Below, piece by piece: positions 27,452 to 36,622 of a stretch of DNA of 64,000 nt; position 1 is the first letter of the stretch, and every line of letters starts with the position of its first letter. The translations under genes and the position numbers were made by a program. This stretch comes from Myxococcota bacterium (GTDB lineage Bacteria; Myxococcota_A; UBA9160; JAFDDA01). The notes below the pieces were generated by a model. The model was given only the letters and a program-made list of their open reading frames with translations. It ran no database searches and was not told the DNA's origin. Location of the stretch: contig OZ245817.1 in the NCBI GenBank assembly GCA_965228475.1, forward strand, positions 3,584,001 through 3,648,000. Reading direction: 5' to 3'.

Positions 27452-28435
27452 ATGGACTTCCGCCTCACCGAAGACCAGGAAGCCCTGCGCGACGGCGTCC
27501 GCTCCTTCTGCGACGGCCGCGTGTCCGTCGAGGCCCTCCGCGAGCTCGAAGCCTCACCGGCCCTGGATCGGAAGCTCTGGAGCGAGCTGGCCGAGATGGG
27601 CGTGTTCGGCCTGCGGCGCCCCGAGAGCGAGGGCGGCGTCGGGCTCGGCATGGCCGACGCCGTCGTCGTCTTCAGCGAGCTCGGCCGCCGCCTCGTGCCG
27701 GGTCCTCTGGTGTGGAGCCACCTCGCGGCTGGACTCATCGACGGCGCGGGCAGCGGCGACGCCGTCGTCGGCGGCGTGGACCTGATGGGCGCGCTCGGCG
27801 AGCCCTACGTGATCGAGCACCTCGAGAGCCTCGACGCGCTCCTCGTGCTTCGCCCGAGCGGCGCGTACCACGTCGATCCGAAGTCCCTCGACGCCACCGC
27901 GGTGGCGACGCCCCTCGATCCGCTCACGCCGGTCCACCACGTGGAGAACCTGCCGGCCGGCGAACGCGTCGCCGGCCCCGAGGACACCCGGCAGCTCCAC
28001 CTCGAAGGCACCGCCCTCGCCGCGGCCCTCCTGCTCGGGATCGCCGAATCGACCCAGGAGCTCGCCACCGAGTACGCCAAGGGCCGCGAGCAGTTCGGCC
28101 GGCCCATCGCCGGCTTCCAATCGATCAAGCACATGCTGGCCGACATGTTCGTGCGCCAGGAGGTCGCGCGCGCCGCGGTCTACGCCGCGGGTGCGACCCT
28201 CGACGACCCGGGCGTCGGCGACGTCGCGCGCGCCGCCTCGTCCGCCAAGGTCACGGCGGGCGACGGCGCCATGCGCAACGCGCGCACCTGCATCCAGGTC
28301 CACGGCGGCATGGGGTACACGTGGGAGGTTCCGGCCCACTACTACCTGAAGCGCGCCTGGGTCCTCGAGAACGTGTTCGGCACGGTCGGGGAGCACGAGG
28401 AGCGCATCGCCGAGATCCTGGCCGGCGGGATCTAG
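27452..28435 (+). CDS. Acyl-CoA dehydrogenase, short partner subunit
   Basis: REQFGRPIAGFQSIKH, QVHGGMGYTWE; short and adjacent to a full-length ACAD. Confidence 0.9.
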   Translation: MDFRLTEDQEALRDGVRSFCDGRVSVEALRELEASPALDRKLWSELAEMGVFGLRRPESEGGVGLGMADAVVVFSELGRRLVPGPLVWSHLAAGLIDGAGSGDAVVGGVDLMGALGEPYVIEHLESLDALLVLRPSGAYHVDPKSLDATAVATPLDPLTPVHHVENLPAGERVAGPEDTRQLHLEGTALAAALLLGIAESTQELATEYAKGREQFGRPIAGFQSIKHMLADMFVRQEVARAAVYAAGATLDDPGVGDVARAASSAKVTAGDGAMRNARTCIQVHGGMGYTWEVPAHYYLKRAWVLENVFGTVGEHEERIAEILAGGI

Positions 28436-28468
28436 GAGCCGCGAACCCTCCAGCTCGGGCCCATCGCC

Positions 28469-29350
28469 ATGCCCTGGTTCAGCTATCACAGCGCGCACTC
28501 CGGCGAGTTCTGCCGACACGCCAAGGGGACCCTCGAAGAAGTGGTCCACGCCGCGATCGACCGCGGCTTCAGCCACTACGGTCTGTCCGAGCACTGCCCG
28601 CGCTACCGCCGCGAGGACCTGTTCGGAGACGAGAACGACCTCGCCCCGGAAGACCTCGTCCTCACCTTCGCCGCGTACGGGAAGGAGGCGCACCGCCTGC
28701 GCGCGACCTACGCCGATCGCATCGAGCTCATCGTCGGCTTCGAGACCGAACGCCTGCCGCCGGATTCCTGGGAGGCGAGGATGAGATCGCTGCGCGAAGA
28801 GGGCGGCTTCGAGTACGTGATCGGCAGCGTCCACGACGTCGATGGGGTCTGCATCGACGAGTCTCCCGAGAAGACGGACGAGATGGCCGAGCGCTGCGGC
28901 GGCCGCGAAGCGCTCCAGATCCGCTACTTCGAGGCGCTCACCGAGCTGGTCGCGACGCTCCGGCCGGAGGTCGTCGGCCACGTCGACCTCATCCGCAAGT
29001 TCGACGGGGACGACGCGCACTTCGGCCCACGCGTCTGGCCCTCGATCGAAGCGGCTCTCGAGGCCGTGCGGGAAGCCGGGTCGGTGCTCGACGTCAACTC
29101 GGGCGCCTACCGGCGGGGGCTCAGTCCGATCTATCCGCTGCCCGAGATCCTCGAACGCGCCCGTGCGATGGGGATCGGCGTGACGCTCGGCGACGACGGC
29201 CACGGCCCGCACGACGTCGGCGTCGGGCTCGACGCGAGCCTCGAAGCGATCGCCGCGGCCGGCTACCGCGAGGTCCACTACCTCGCGCGCGTCGACGGGG
29301 GCGTCTCCCTGCTGGCGGCACCGATCGACGAGGTCGGGCCGGGGCGGTAG
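28469..29350 (+). CDS. PHP-family histidinol-phosphatase (HisJ-like)
   Basis: HSAHSGEFCRHA, GLSEH.PR, GFETE, IGSVH, GHVDL, GDDGH. Confidence 0.82.
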   Translation: MPWFSYHSAHSGEFCRHAKGTLEEVVHAAIDRGFSHYGLSEHCPRYRREDLFGDENDLAPEDLVLTFAAYGKEAHRLRATYADRIELIVGFETERLPPDSWEARMRSLREEGGFEYVIGSVHDVDGVCIDESPEKTDEMAERCGGREALQIRYFEALTELVATLRPEVVGHVDLIRKFDGDDAHFGPRVWPSIEAALEAVREAGSVLDVNSGAYRRGLSPIYPLPEILERARAMGIGVTLGDDGHGPHDVGVGLDASLEAIAAAGYREVHYLARVDGGVSLLAAPIDEVGPGR

Positions 29351-29380
29351 GCGGGGCGGCCCCGCCAGGAGCCCGGCTCG

Positions 29381-29401
29381 AATCTGATGGCCCGTCAGAT
29401 T
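29381..29401. promoter_or_regulatory. Inverted-repeat operator upstream of the SDR-HMGS-thiolase operon
   Basis: AATCTGATGG-C-CCGTCAGATT, 1 mismatch. Confidence 0.6.
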
Positions 29402-29509
29402 TCATAACCCTCTGCCAGAGTGAAGTTTTTCGGTTTCGCGGCCGCTTGCATCCCGTCCGCCATTTGCGATACGCTACGTCTCGAAATTCAACCGAGAGGC
29501 GGATCGACC

Positions 29510-30400
29510 ATGGGAATTCTCGACGGCAAGGCCGCGGTGGTGACGGGCGGCGGGCGCGGGATCGGACGCGGACACTGCCTCCATCTGGCGGCCCAGGGTG
29601 CCTCGGTGATCGTGAACGACATCGACGCCGACGAAGCCGGCAAGGTCGTGCAGGAGATCTCCGAGGCCGGCGGCAAGGCCCAGCCGAACACCGACGACAT
29701 CGGCTCGCGCGAGGGCGCCAAGGCGCTGATCCAGCAGTGTGTCGACGCCTTCGGCGGTATCCACGCCATCGTGAACAACGCCGGGAACGTGAAGGACCGC
29801 ACGTTCCTGAAGATGACCGACGACGAGTTCGACTCCGTCCTGCGCGTGCACGTGAAGGGAACCTTCATGTGCAGCCAGGAAGCGGCCCTGCGCATGAAGG
29901 AGCAGGGCACCGGCGGCGCCATCGTGAACACGGTCTCCGCCGCGCACTTCGGCAACTTCGGCCAGACGAACTACGCGGGCAGCAAGGGCGCCATCGCGAG
30001 CATGACCTACACCTGGGCGCTCGAGCTCGCGCGCGCCGGGATCCGCGTGAACGCGATCAGCCCGGCCGGCACCACGCGCATGTCCGCCACCGCGAAGATC
30101 GGCGGGAAGATCGTCGACCTGCCCTTCATCGACCCGACGTTGAACGGCCCCTTCGTCGCGTTCCTCTGCAGCGACGAGGCGAACTACGTCACCGGCCAGA
30201 TCTTCGGCAGCGGCGCCGAGCGCATCACGATGGTGAACCAGCCGCGCTACGGCACGTCGATGCTCCGGCCGGGTGGCTGGCAGGTGGAGGACATCCTCGA
30301 GCACTTCGAGAAGAACCTCGGCAAGCAGCTCGAGGACTTCGGCCTGATGAAGACGCCCTACCCGTTCTACGACGGCGTCCCGCCGAAGCCCAAGGCCTAG
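29510..30400 (+). CDS. SDR oxidoreductase (3-hydroxyacyl-CoA dehydrogenase-like)
   Basis: TGGGRGIG, VNNAG, GNFGQTNYAGSK. Confidence 0.92.
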   Translation: MGILDGKAAVVTGGGRGIGRGHCLHLAAQGASVIVNDIDADEAGKVVQEISEAGGKAQPNTDDIGSREGAKALIQQCVDAFGGIHAIVNNAGNVKDRTFLKMTDDEFDSVLRVHVKGTFMCSQEAALRMKEQGTGGAIVNTVSAAHFGNFGQTNYAGSKGAIASMTYTWALELARAGIRVNAISPAGTTRMSATAKIGGKIVDLPFIDPTLNGPFVAFLCSDEANYVTGQIFGSGAERITMVNQPRYGTSMLRPGGWQVEDILEHFEKNLGKQLEDFGLMKTPYPFYDGVPPKPKA

Positions 30401-30402
30401 CC

Positions 30403-31818
30403 GTGGCCGGGATCGCCTCCTACGGCGCCTACGTCCCGCCGACGCGCCTGCCCCTCTCCGCCCTCGGCGGCCGGCCGGCCAAGGAAGGCGGCCCGGAGAA
30501 GGCCGTCGCCTGGAACGACGAAGACGCGGTCACGATGGCGGTGAGCGCGGCGGTGAACTGCCTGCGCGGCTTCGACCGCACGCGCGTCGACGGCGTCGTC
30601 TTCGCGTCCACGAGCTACGCCTTCCAGGAGAAGCAGGGCGCGGCACTCCTCGCCAAGGCCCTCGACCTGCCGCGCGACGTTCGCACCTCGGATCAGAGCG
30701 GATCGCTCCGGGCCGGCACCGCGGCCCTGCGCGCCGCCATCGACTCCGTTCGCGCGGGCTCGACGCGCAACGTGCTCGTGGTCGCGAGCGACTGCCGCAT
30801 GGCGGCGCCCGGCTCTCCCCTCGAAGCGAACCTCGGCGACGGCGCCGTCGCGTTCCTCGTCTCGGACGAGAACGTGGTGCTCGAGTTCGACGGCGCTCAC
30901 GCCGTCGCCGACGAGATCGTCGATCTCTGGCGCACGCGGCAGGACACCTTCGTCCACAGCTGGGAGGACCGCTTCGTCGTCCAGGAGGGCTACGTCCCGA
31001 ACACGACCGACGTCGTTGCGGGGCTGTCGGAGAAGCTCGGGGCGAAGGCCGCGGACTTCGCCCGCGTCTGCCTCTACGCCCCGGACGCGCGCAGCCACGG
31101 CACCGTGGCTCGGAAGCTCGGCCTCTCGGGCGACCAGACCCAGGCTCCGTTCTTCGGCCGCCTCGGCAACGCCGGCTGCGCCTTCACGCTCCTCCAGCTC
31201 GCCGCCGCCCTGGAAGCGCTCTCCCCGGGCGAGCGCGTGCTCGCCGTGAGCTACGGCGACGGCGCCGAAGCCCTCGCCTTCACGGCCAGCGAGCACGCCG
31301 AGAAGCTCGGCCCTCGACGCGGCGTCTCCTGGCACCTCGAGCGCCGGCGCCCCGTCGCCAGCTACGACAAGTACGTGAAGGCGCGCAACCTGAACGCCAC
31401 CGAGTGGGTGGACGCCTCCGGCCCGGGCCTCTCGGCGACCGTCCACCACCGCGAGCGCGACGAAGACCTCGCCCTGCTCGGCCAGCAGTGCAACGCCTGC
31501 GGTGCGCACCAGTTCCCGAACCAGCGCGTGTGCGAGAGCTGCTTCGCGAAGGACGACTTCACGCCGGCGCGCTTCTCGGACCGCATCGGCCGCGTCGTCA
31601 CCTACACCTTCGACTTCTTCTTTCCGACGCCGGATCCGCCCACCGTCGTCACCATCACCGAGGTCGACGGCGCGCGGATCCATCTCCAGCTGGTCGACGT
31701 CGACCCGAAGGCCGTCGCCACGGGGATGCCCGTCGAGTTCCAGCTTCGCCGCATTCACATGGCTGGCGGCCGCCCGAACTACTACTGGAAGGCGTGCCCG
31801 GCCGAGGAGCCCCAATGA
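30403..31818 (+). CDS. HMG-CoA-synthase-like domain fused to DUF35 Zn-ribbon/OB-fold
   Basis: YGAYVP..RL, DEDAVTMAV, GDGAVA, LGNAG, SYGDGA; C-terminal CNAC...CESC and OB-fold ending YYWKA. Confidence 0.87.
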   Translation: MAGIASYGAYVPPTRLPLSALGGRPAKEGGPEKAVAWNDEDAVTMAVSAAVNCLRGFDRTRVDGVVFASTSYAFQEKQGAALLAKALDLPRDVRTSDQSGSLRAGTAALRAAIDSVRAGSTRNVLVVASDCRMAAPGSPLEANLGDGAVAFLVSDENVVLEFDGAHAVADEIVDLWRTRQDTFVHSWEDRFVVQEGYVPNTTDVVAGLSEKLGAKAADFARVCLYAPDARSHGTVARKLGLSGDQTQAPFFGRLGNAGCAFTLLQLAAALEALSPGERVLAVSYGDGAEALAFTASEHAEKLGPRRGVSWHLERRRPVASYDKYVKARNLNATEWVDASGPGLSATVHHRERDEDLALLGQQCNACGAHQFPNQRVCESCFAKDDFTPARFSDRIGRVVTYTFDFFFPTPDPPTVVTITEVDGARIHLQLVDVDPKAVATGMPVEFQLRRIHMAGGRPNYYWKACPAEEPQ

Positions 31819-32972
31819 GCGAAGGCATCCGCGACAAGGTCGCCATCGTCGGCGTCGGCTGTTGCCCGTTCGGCGAGAACTGGGACCAGTCGCCCTCGGA
31901 CATGATCGTCGACGCGGCCTACCAGGCCTACGCCGATGCGGGGATCGAAGACCCGCAGGAGCGCATCGAAGCGGTCTTCACGGGCTCGATCTACTCGCAG
32001 AAGGGCCCCCACGAGTGCAGCGACGCGCTGAAGCTCTTCAAGAAGCCCGTCAGCATGGTCTCGAACTACTGCGCGACGGGAACGGACGCCTTCCGCTACG
32101 GCGCGATGGCCGTCGCCTCGGGCATGCACGACGTGGTGCTCGTCGTCGGCTACGACAAGCCCAAGGACCGCGGCGTCTCGGGCCCCTCGGTCATGATGGA
32201 CGGCGTCCGCGACCTGCCGAAGACACCCGCCGGCTGGTTCTCCCTGTGCGCCGCCACCTACTTCGAGAAGTACGGAGCGGGCCGGGACGACCTCGCCAAG
32301 ATCGCCATCAAGAACCACCACAACGGCACCCTCGCGCCGAACTCCTTCCTGAAGCGCGAGATCACGCTCGAGGACTATCAGAAGGCGCGCCTCATCTCCT
32401 GGCCCTTCGGGCTCTACGACTGCGCCGCCCAGACCGACGGCGCCGCCGCCGCCATCCTGGTGCGCGCGGACCTCGCCAAGGAGTTCCGCGCGGACCCGGT
32501 CTACGTGAAGGCCGTCTCGATCCAATCGGGACCGAACCCCCAGAAGGACCCGACCAACGACTTCCTCTCCTGGAAGCCCACGGGCTGGGCCGCGACGGAC
32601 GCCTACGCCCAGGCCGGCGTCGGCGACCCGCGTGCGGAGATCGGCGTCGCCCAGGTGCACGACTGCTTCTCGCTGACCGAGCTCCTGAGCTACGAGGACC
32701 TCAGCTTCTGCGAGAAGGGCGCGGCCAAGGAGCACATCGCGAGCGGGGAGTTCGAGCTCGGCGGCTCGCTTCCGGTGAACACCGACGGCGGCCTGAAGAG
32801 CTTCGGCCATCCGACCGGCGCCACGGGCGTGCGCATGATCTACGAGAACGTGCTCCAGCTCCAGGGCCGCGCCGGCGAACGCCAGGTCCCGGGCGTCGAG
32901 GGCAAGCTCGCGCTCTCCCACAACATCGGGGGCCACCCCACCGCCTGCGGCATCGCGATCCTCGGCCGCTAG
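31815..32972 (+). CDS. Thiolase family acetyl-CoA acetyltransferase
   Basis: NYCATG, KNHHNG, DCAAQTDGAAA, QVHDCF, NTDGGLKSFGHPTGATG. Confidence 0.92.
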   Translation: MSEGIRDKVAIVGVGCCPFGENWDQSPSDMIVDAAYQAYADAGIEDPQERIEAVFTGSIYSQKGPHECSDALKLFKKPVSMVSNYCATGTDAFRYGAMAVASGMHDVVLVVGYDKPKDRGVSGPSVMMDGVRDLPKTPAGWFSLCAATYFEKYGAGRDDLAKIAIKNHHNGTLAPNSFLKREITLEDYQKARLISWPFGLYDCAAQTDGAAAAILVRADLAKEFRADPVYVKAVSIQSGPNPQKDPTNDFLSWKPTGWAATDAYAQAGVGDPRAEIGVAQVHDCFSLTELLSYEDLSFCEKGAAKEHIASGEFELGGSLPVNTDGGLKSFGHPTGATGVRMIYENVLQLQGRAGERQVPGVEGKLALSHNIGGHPTACGIAILGR

Positions 32973-32981
32973 GAGTCCTGC

Positions 32982-33785
32982 ATGGATTTCGAGACCCTGC
33001 GCTACGAGGTCGACGGCGGCGTCGCCACGATCACGCTCGACCGCCCCGAGCGCCACAACGCCTTCAACCTCGCGATGGCGGACGAGCTGAAGGCCGCGTG
33101 GGAAGCCGTGGAACGCGACGGCGAGGTCGTCTGCGCCATCGTCACGGGCGCGGGCGAGAAGGCCTTCTGTACCGGCATGGACGTCGCCGACGTGGCGTCG
33201 GGCGACGCCCGGGCGACCGGCTTCCTCCCGCGGGAGGAGGCACCCTGGTTCCAGCTCACCGCCATCCAGAACCGCTGCTGGAAACCCGTCATCACCGCCA
33301 TCAACGGCATGTGCTGCGGCGGCGGGCTCCACTTCGTGGCCGATACGGACCTCCTGCTCGCCGCCGAGCACGCGACCTTCTTCGACACCCACGTGAAGGT
33401 CGGGCTGATTGCGGGCCTCGAACCCGTCGGGCTCGCGCGCCGCATTCCGCTCGAAGCGGTGCTGCGCATGTCCTTCCTCGGCGGCAGCGAGCGCATGAGC
33501 GCCCAGGAAGCCAAGGAGATCGGCCTCGTCGGCGAGGTGCTGCCGGGCGACCAGCTGCTTCCCCGCGCCCGGGAGCTCGCCGCGAAGATCGCCGAGCACT
33601 CGCCCACGGCCCTCGCCCGCTCGAAGCAGTGCATCTGGGAGAGTCTCGACACCGGCCTCGATCAGGCCCTGACCGACACCTGGAACGCGATCGGCGAACA
33701 CTCGAAGTGCGCGGACCTCGAGGAAGGGGCCAAGGCCTTCGTCGAGAAGCGCAAGCCCCGCTGGGTGCCCTACACCGGGGAGTAG
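32982..33785 (+). CDS. Enoyl-CoA hydratase/isomerase family protein
   Basis: DRPERHNA, FCTGMD, KPVITAING. Confidence 0.9.
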   Translation: MDFETLRYEVDGGVATITLDRPERHNAFNLAMADELKAAWEAVERDGEVVCAIVTGAGEKAFCTGMDVADVASGDARATGFLPREEAPWFQLTAIQNRCWKPVITAINGMCCGGGLHFVADTDLLLAAEHATFFDTHVKVGLIAGLEPVGLARRIPLEAVLRMSFLGGSERMSAQEAKEIGLVGEVLPGDQLLPRARELAAKIAEHSPTALARSKQCIWESLDTGLDQALTDTWNAIGEHSKCADLEEGAKAFVEKRKPRWVPYTGE

Positions 33786-33787
33786 CG

Positions 33788-34519
33788 ATGTACGAGAACC
33801 TGCTCTTCGACGTCCGCGACGGCATCGCGACGATCACCCTGAACCGGCCCGACAAGCTGAACGCCTACACCACCGAGATGGGCGACGAGGTCTACGACGC
33901 GTTCCAGAAGGTGCGCGGCGACGACGCCGTGCGTTCGGTGATCCTCACCGGCGCAGGCCGGGGGTTCTGCGCCGGCGTGGACCTCGAGCACCTGAAGGCG
34001 CACCAGGCCGGCGGCAAGGCCGGAAGCGGCCCGAAGCTCGGCGAGGAGGCCTTTCTCAAGAAGCTCCCCCTCGAACTCCTCGAGTTCCCGAAGCCCGTGA
34101 TCGCCGCCGTGAACGGCGCCGCCATCGGCGTCGGCATCACGATGATCCTCCCCTGCGACCTGCGCATCGCCGCCGCCGGCGCGAAGCTCGGCGTGACCTT
34201 CGTGCGGCTCGGCATCCTGCCGGGGCTCGGGAGCACCCATCTCCTGCCCCGGCTCGTCGGCTCGGCCCGGGCGCGGGAGCTCGTGCTCACCGGGCGGAAG
34301 TTCACGGCCGAGCAGGCGGCGGCCTACGGGCTCGTGAACGAGGTCGTTCCCGGCGACGCCCTGCTCGCCCGGGCGCGGGAGATCGCCGCGGAGTTCGCCG
34401 AGAGCAAGCCGGCCGTCCTCGCCGCGGCCAAGCGCGCCCTCCTCTACGGCGAGGAACACGGCATGGCCGAGTCGATGAGGAACGAGCAGACCGAGAGCGC
34501 GGAGCTGCGGAAGCGCTAG
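33788..34519 (+). CDS. Enoyl-CoA hydratase/isomerase family protein
   Basis: NRPDKLNA, FCAGVD, KPVIAAVNG, CDLRIA. Confidence 0.9.
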   Translation: MYENLLFDVRDGIATITLNRPDKLNAYTTEMGDEVYDAFQKVRGDDAVRSVILTGAGRGFCAGVDLEHLKAHQAGGKAGSGPKLGEEAFLKKLPLELLEFPKPVIAAVNGAAIGVGITMILPCDLRIAAAGAKLGVTFVRLGILPGLGSTHLLPRLVGSARARELVLTGRKFTAEQAAAYGLVNEVVPGDALLARAREIAAEFAESKPAVLAAAKRALLYGEEHGMAESMRNEQTESAELRKR

Positions 34520-35169
34520 GCCGTCTCCTTGGCCTCGGGCCGGCTGCGGACGCTCGCGAGCCGCTGCCCGGCGAACACGACCGCCGCGGCGATCCCGACG
34601 GTCAACCCGAAGCTCAGCCAGGGTCGGTCGATCGCCATCGCCCCGAGTGTCGCCATCACGAAGCCCGCGGGCACGGCGCCGACCGCGATGGCCAGCAGCA
34701 CGTGGCTCGTCGGCATGCGCGAGAGCCCCGCGATCAACACGACCCACTCGGCGGGGCCGCCCACGGCCTTCCCGAGCACGATCGCGGTCAGGCCGTAGCG
34801 GTCGTAGAAGCCCTCGGCGCGCGCGACGTCCGCGTCGCCGACCACCCAGCGCGCGCCGCGCGGGCCGAGGAAGCGGACGAGACCGAACCCGATCGCACCG
34901 GCGAGGGTCGAGGCGGCGCTGCCGATGAACCCGCCGAGGAGCGGCCCGTAGATCACCCCGAGCACGAACATCGCCGGTGCCGTCGGCATGGGGAGGACCG
35001 AGTCCGCCGCGATCACGAGCGCGGCGACGGCCCAGGCCCACGGCCCGTAGCCGCGCAGCCACTCGGCGACCTCGTCCATGCTCTCGGGAACCTCGAGCCC
35101 CGAGCCGATCGTGGTCATGAAGGTCAGACCGAACGCCAGGAAGGCGAGCGGGATGAGCAGGAGGCGCAT
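34516..35169 (-). CDS. DedA/VTT (TVP38/TMEM64) membrane protein
   Basis: Several TM segments; LPMP, G.IYG...G, F.RYG..AI pattern. Confidence 0.8.
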   Translation of the reverse strand: MRLLLIPLAFLAFGLTFMTTIGSGLEVPESMDEVAEWLRGYGPWAWAVAALVIAADSVLPMPTAPAMFVLGVIYGPLLGGFIGSAASTLAGAIGFGLVRFLGPRGARWVVGDADVARAEGFYDRYGLTAIVLGKAVGGPAEWVVLIAGLSRMPTSHVLLAIAVGAVPAGFVMATLGAMAIDRPWLSFGLTVGIAAAVVFAGQRLASVRSRPEAKETA

Positions 35170-35178
35170 CGGGGCTCC

Positions 35179-35880
35179 TCAGTGAGTCGCAGCGACCTTG
35201 ACCGAGAGCTCCGTGCCCTCGTTCATCTCGAGCCGGCCGGAGCGGAACCCGTTCGCCGGGTCCGCCAGCCACGCGAGATAGGCCTCGTAGTTCGACCAGA
35301 ACGCGCCCACGTTGTCGGTCACGAGGGCCGCGCCGGGCCGCATGAAGGGTGCCACGCATTGGAGCACGGCGAGCGCCGCGTTGGGGAACCCGTCGTTCAG
35401 GAAGAAGTCCACCTCGCCGGGCAGGTCGCGCAGGGTCTCTCGCGCGTCCCCCTCCCGGATCTCGACCCATTCCTCGAGGCCCGCCTCGGCCAGGTGCTCG
35501 CGGGCGCGCTTCGCCTTGGCGGGGACGAACTCGCTCCCGATCACCTGCCCGCCGCCGTTGTCGCGAACCGCCGCGGCCAGGTAGATCGTCGAGACGCCGA
35601 AGGAGGTGCCGTACTCGACGATCCGCTTCGCGCCGAGGGCCCGGGCGAGCAGGTAGCAGAAGACGCCCTGGCTGCGGTCGAGGGCGATGAACTTGTCGTC
35701 GAAGACGCCGCCGAGCCGGTCCCAGGGGAGGTCCCGCTTCCGGAGCCAGTGCGGCACGTAGCGCAGGGCCTGGACCATCATGCGCGGGGTCTCCGCGTCC
35801 GCCTCGCGATGCAGGCGGTCGAGGACAGTGCGGACCTTCTCGTCGGGGAGGGCGCCGAGCGCCGCCGGTTCCTGGGCCAT
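35179..35880 (-). CDS. Class I SAM-dependent O-methyltransferase
   Basis: VEYGTSFGVSTIYLA, EIREGDARETL, DNV. Confidence 0.9.
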   Translation of the reverse strand: MAQEPAALGALPDEKVRTVLDRLHREADAETPRMMVQALRYVPHWLRKRDLPWDRLGGVFDDKFIALDRSQGVFCYLLARALGAKRIVEYGTSFGVSTIYLAAAVRDNGGGQVIGSEFVPAKAKRAREHLAEAGLEEWVEIREGDARETLRDLPGEVDFFLNDGFPNAALAVLQCVAPFMRPGAALVTDNVGAFWSNYEAYLAWLADPANGFRSGRLEMNEGTELSVKVAATH

Positions 35881-35906
35881 GGGGCCTCCTTTCGATGGAG
35901 GCTAGA

Positions 35907-35941
35907 ATACGAGCAATTGCTCGCATAAACTACTCGCATTC
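35907..35941. promoter_or_regulatory. Operator between divergent methyltransferase and tetR genes
   Basis: Perfect palindrome CGAGCAATTGCTCG (35910-35923) plus extra half-site TACTCGCATTC. Confidence 0.7.
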
Positions 35942-35976
35942 GAAACCGCCCGAAAGCCCGAACGCTGGAGAACGCC

Positions 35977-36591
35977 ATGGCCGCCCGAGCCCGCATCCAA
36001 CCACGCAAACGCCCGCGACAGGCCCGCTCGGCCCGCACGACCGAGGCCATCCTCCAGGCCGCGGCTCGCGTTTTGAAGGAGGAGGGTCCGGCCGCTTTCA
36101 ACACCAACCGCGTGGCGGAGGTGGCCGGGGTGAGCGTCGGCTCGCTCTACCAGTACTTCCCGAACAAGGCCTCGCTGCTCTTCCAGCTCGACGTGCTCGA
36201 CTCCTCGGCCACGTGGTCCGAGATCGAGGTCCTGCTCGGTGACACGAGCAAGCCCGCGAGCGAGCGCATTGGCGACGCCGTCGAACGGTTCTTCCGTTCC
36301 GAGGCCGACGAGATGGTCTGGCGCGGCGCGTTGCGCAAAGCCGAAGCCTTCTTCGAACACACGCCCCAGATCGAGGAGCGCAACCGGCTCGTCCGGGCCC
36401 GCGTGCGCGAACTCCTCGCCGAGGTCCTGCCCAAGGGCTCCCGGGATCTCGACTTCAAGGCCGATCTCTTCTCGACGACCGTCTCGAGCGTCGCCGAGGC
36501 CATCACCGAGCGCACGACGGAACCGAGCGAGGTGCGCCGCTGGGCGAAGGCCACGAGCGAGATGCTGTGCCGTCAGCTCGGGATCGCGTGA
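35977..36591 (+). CDS. TetR/AcrR family regulator
   Basis: PRQARS, NTNRVAEVAGVSVGSLYQYFPNK. Confidence 0.93.
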   Translation: MAARARIQPRKRPRQARSARTTEAILQAAARVLKEEGPAAFNTNRVAEVAGVSVGSLYQYFPNKASLLFQLDVLDSSATWSEIEVLLGDTSKPASERIGDAVERFFRSEADEMVWRGALRKAEAFFEHTPQIEERNRLVRARVRELLAEVLPKGSRDLDFKADLFSTTVSSVAEAITERTTEPSEVRRWAKATSEMLCRQLGIA

Positions 36592-36622
36592 GGCACGCGA
36601 AGCGGCCGCTTCCCGCGGAAGC

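Noticed and set aside
27712..31818. 1368-aa ORF
   Set aside because: Only 30403-31818 is protein-like; the upstream part shadows ACAD, hisJ-like and SDR genes in other frames
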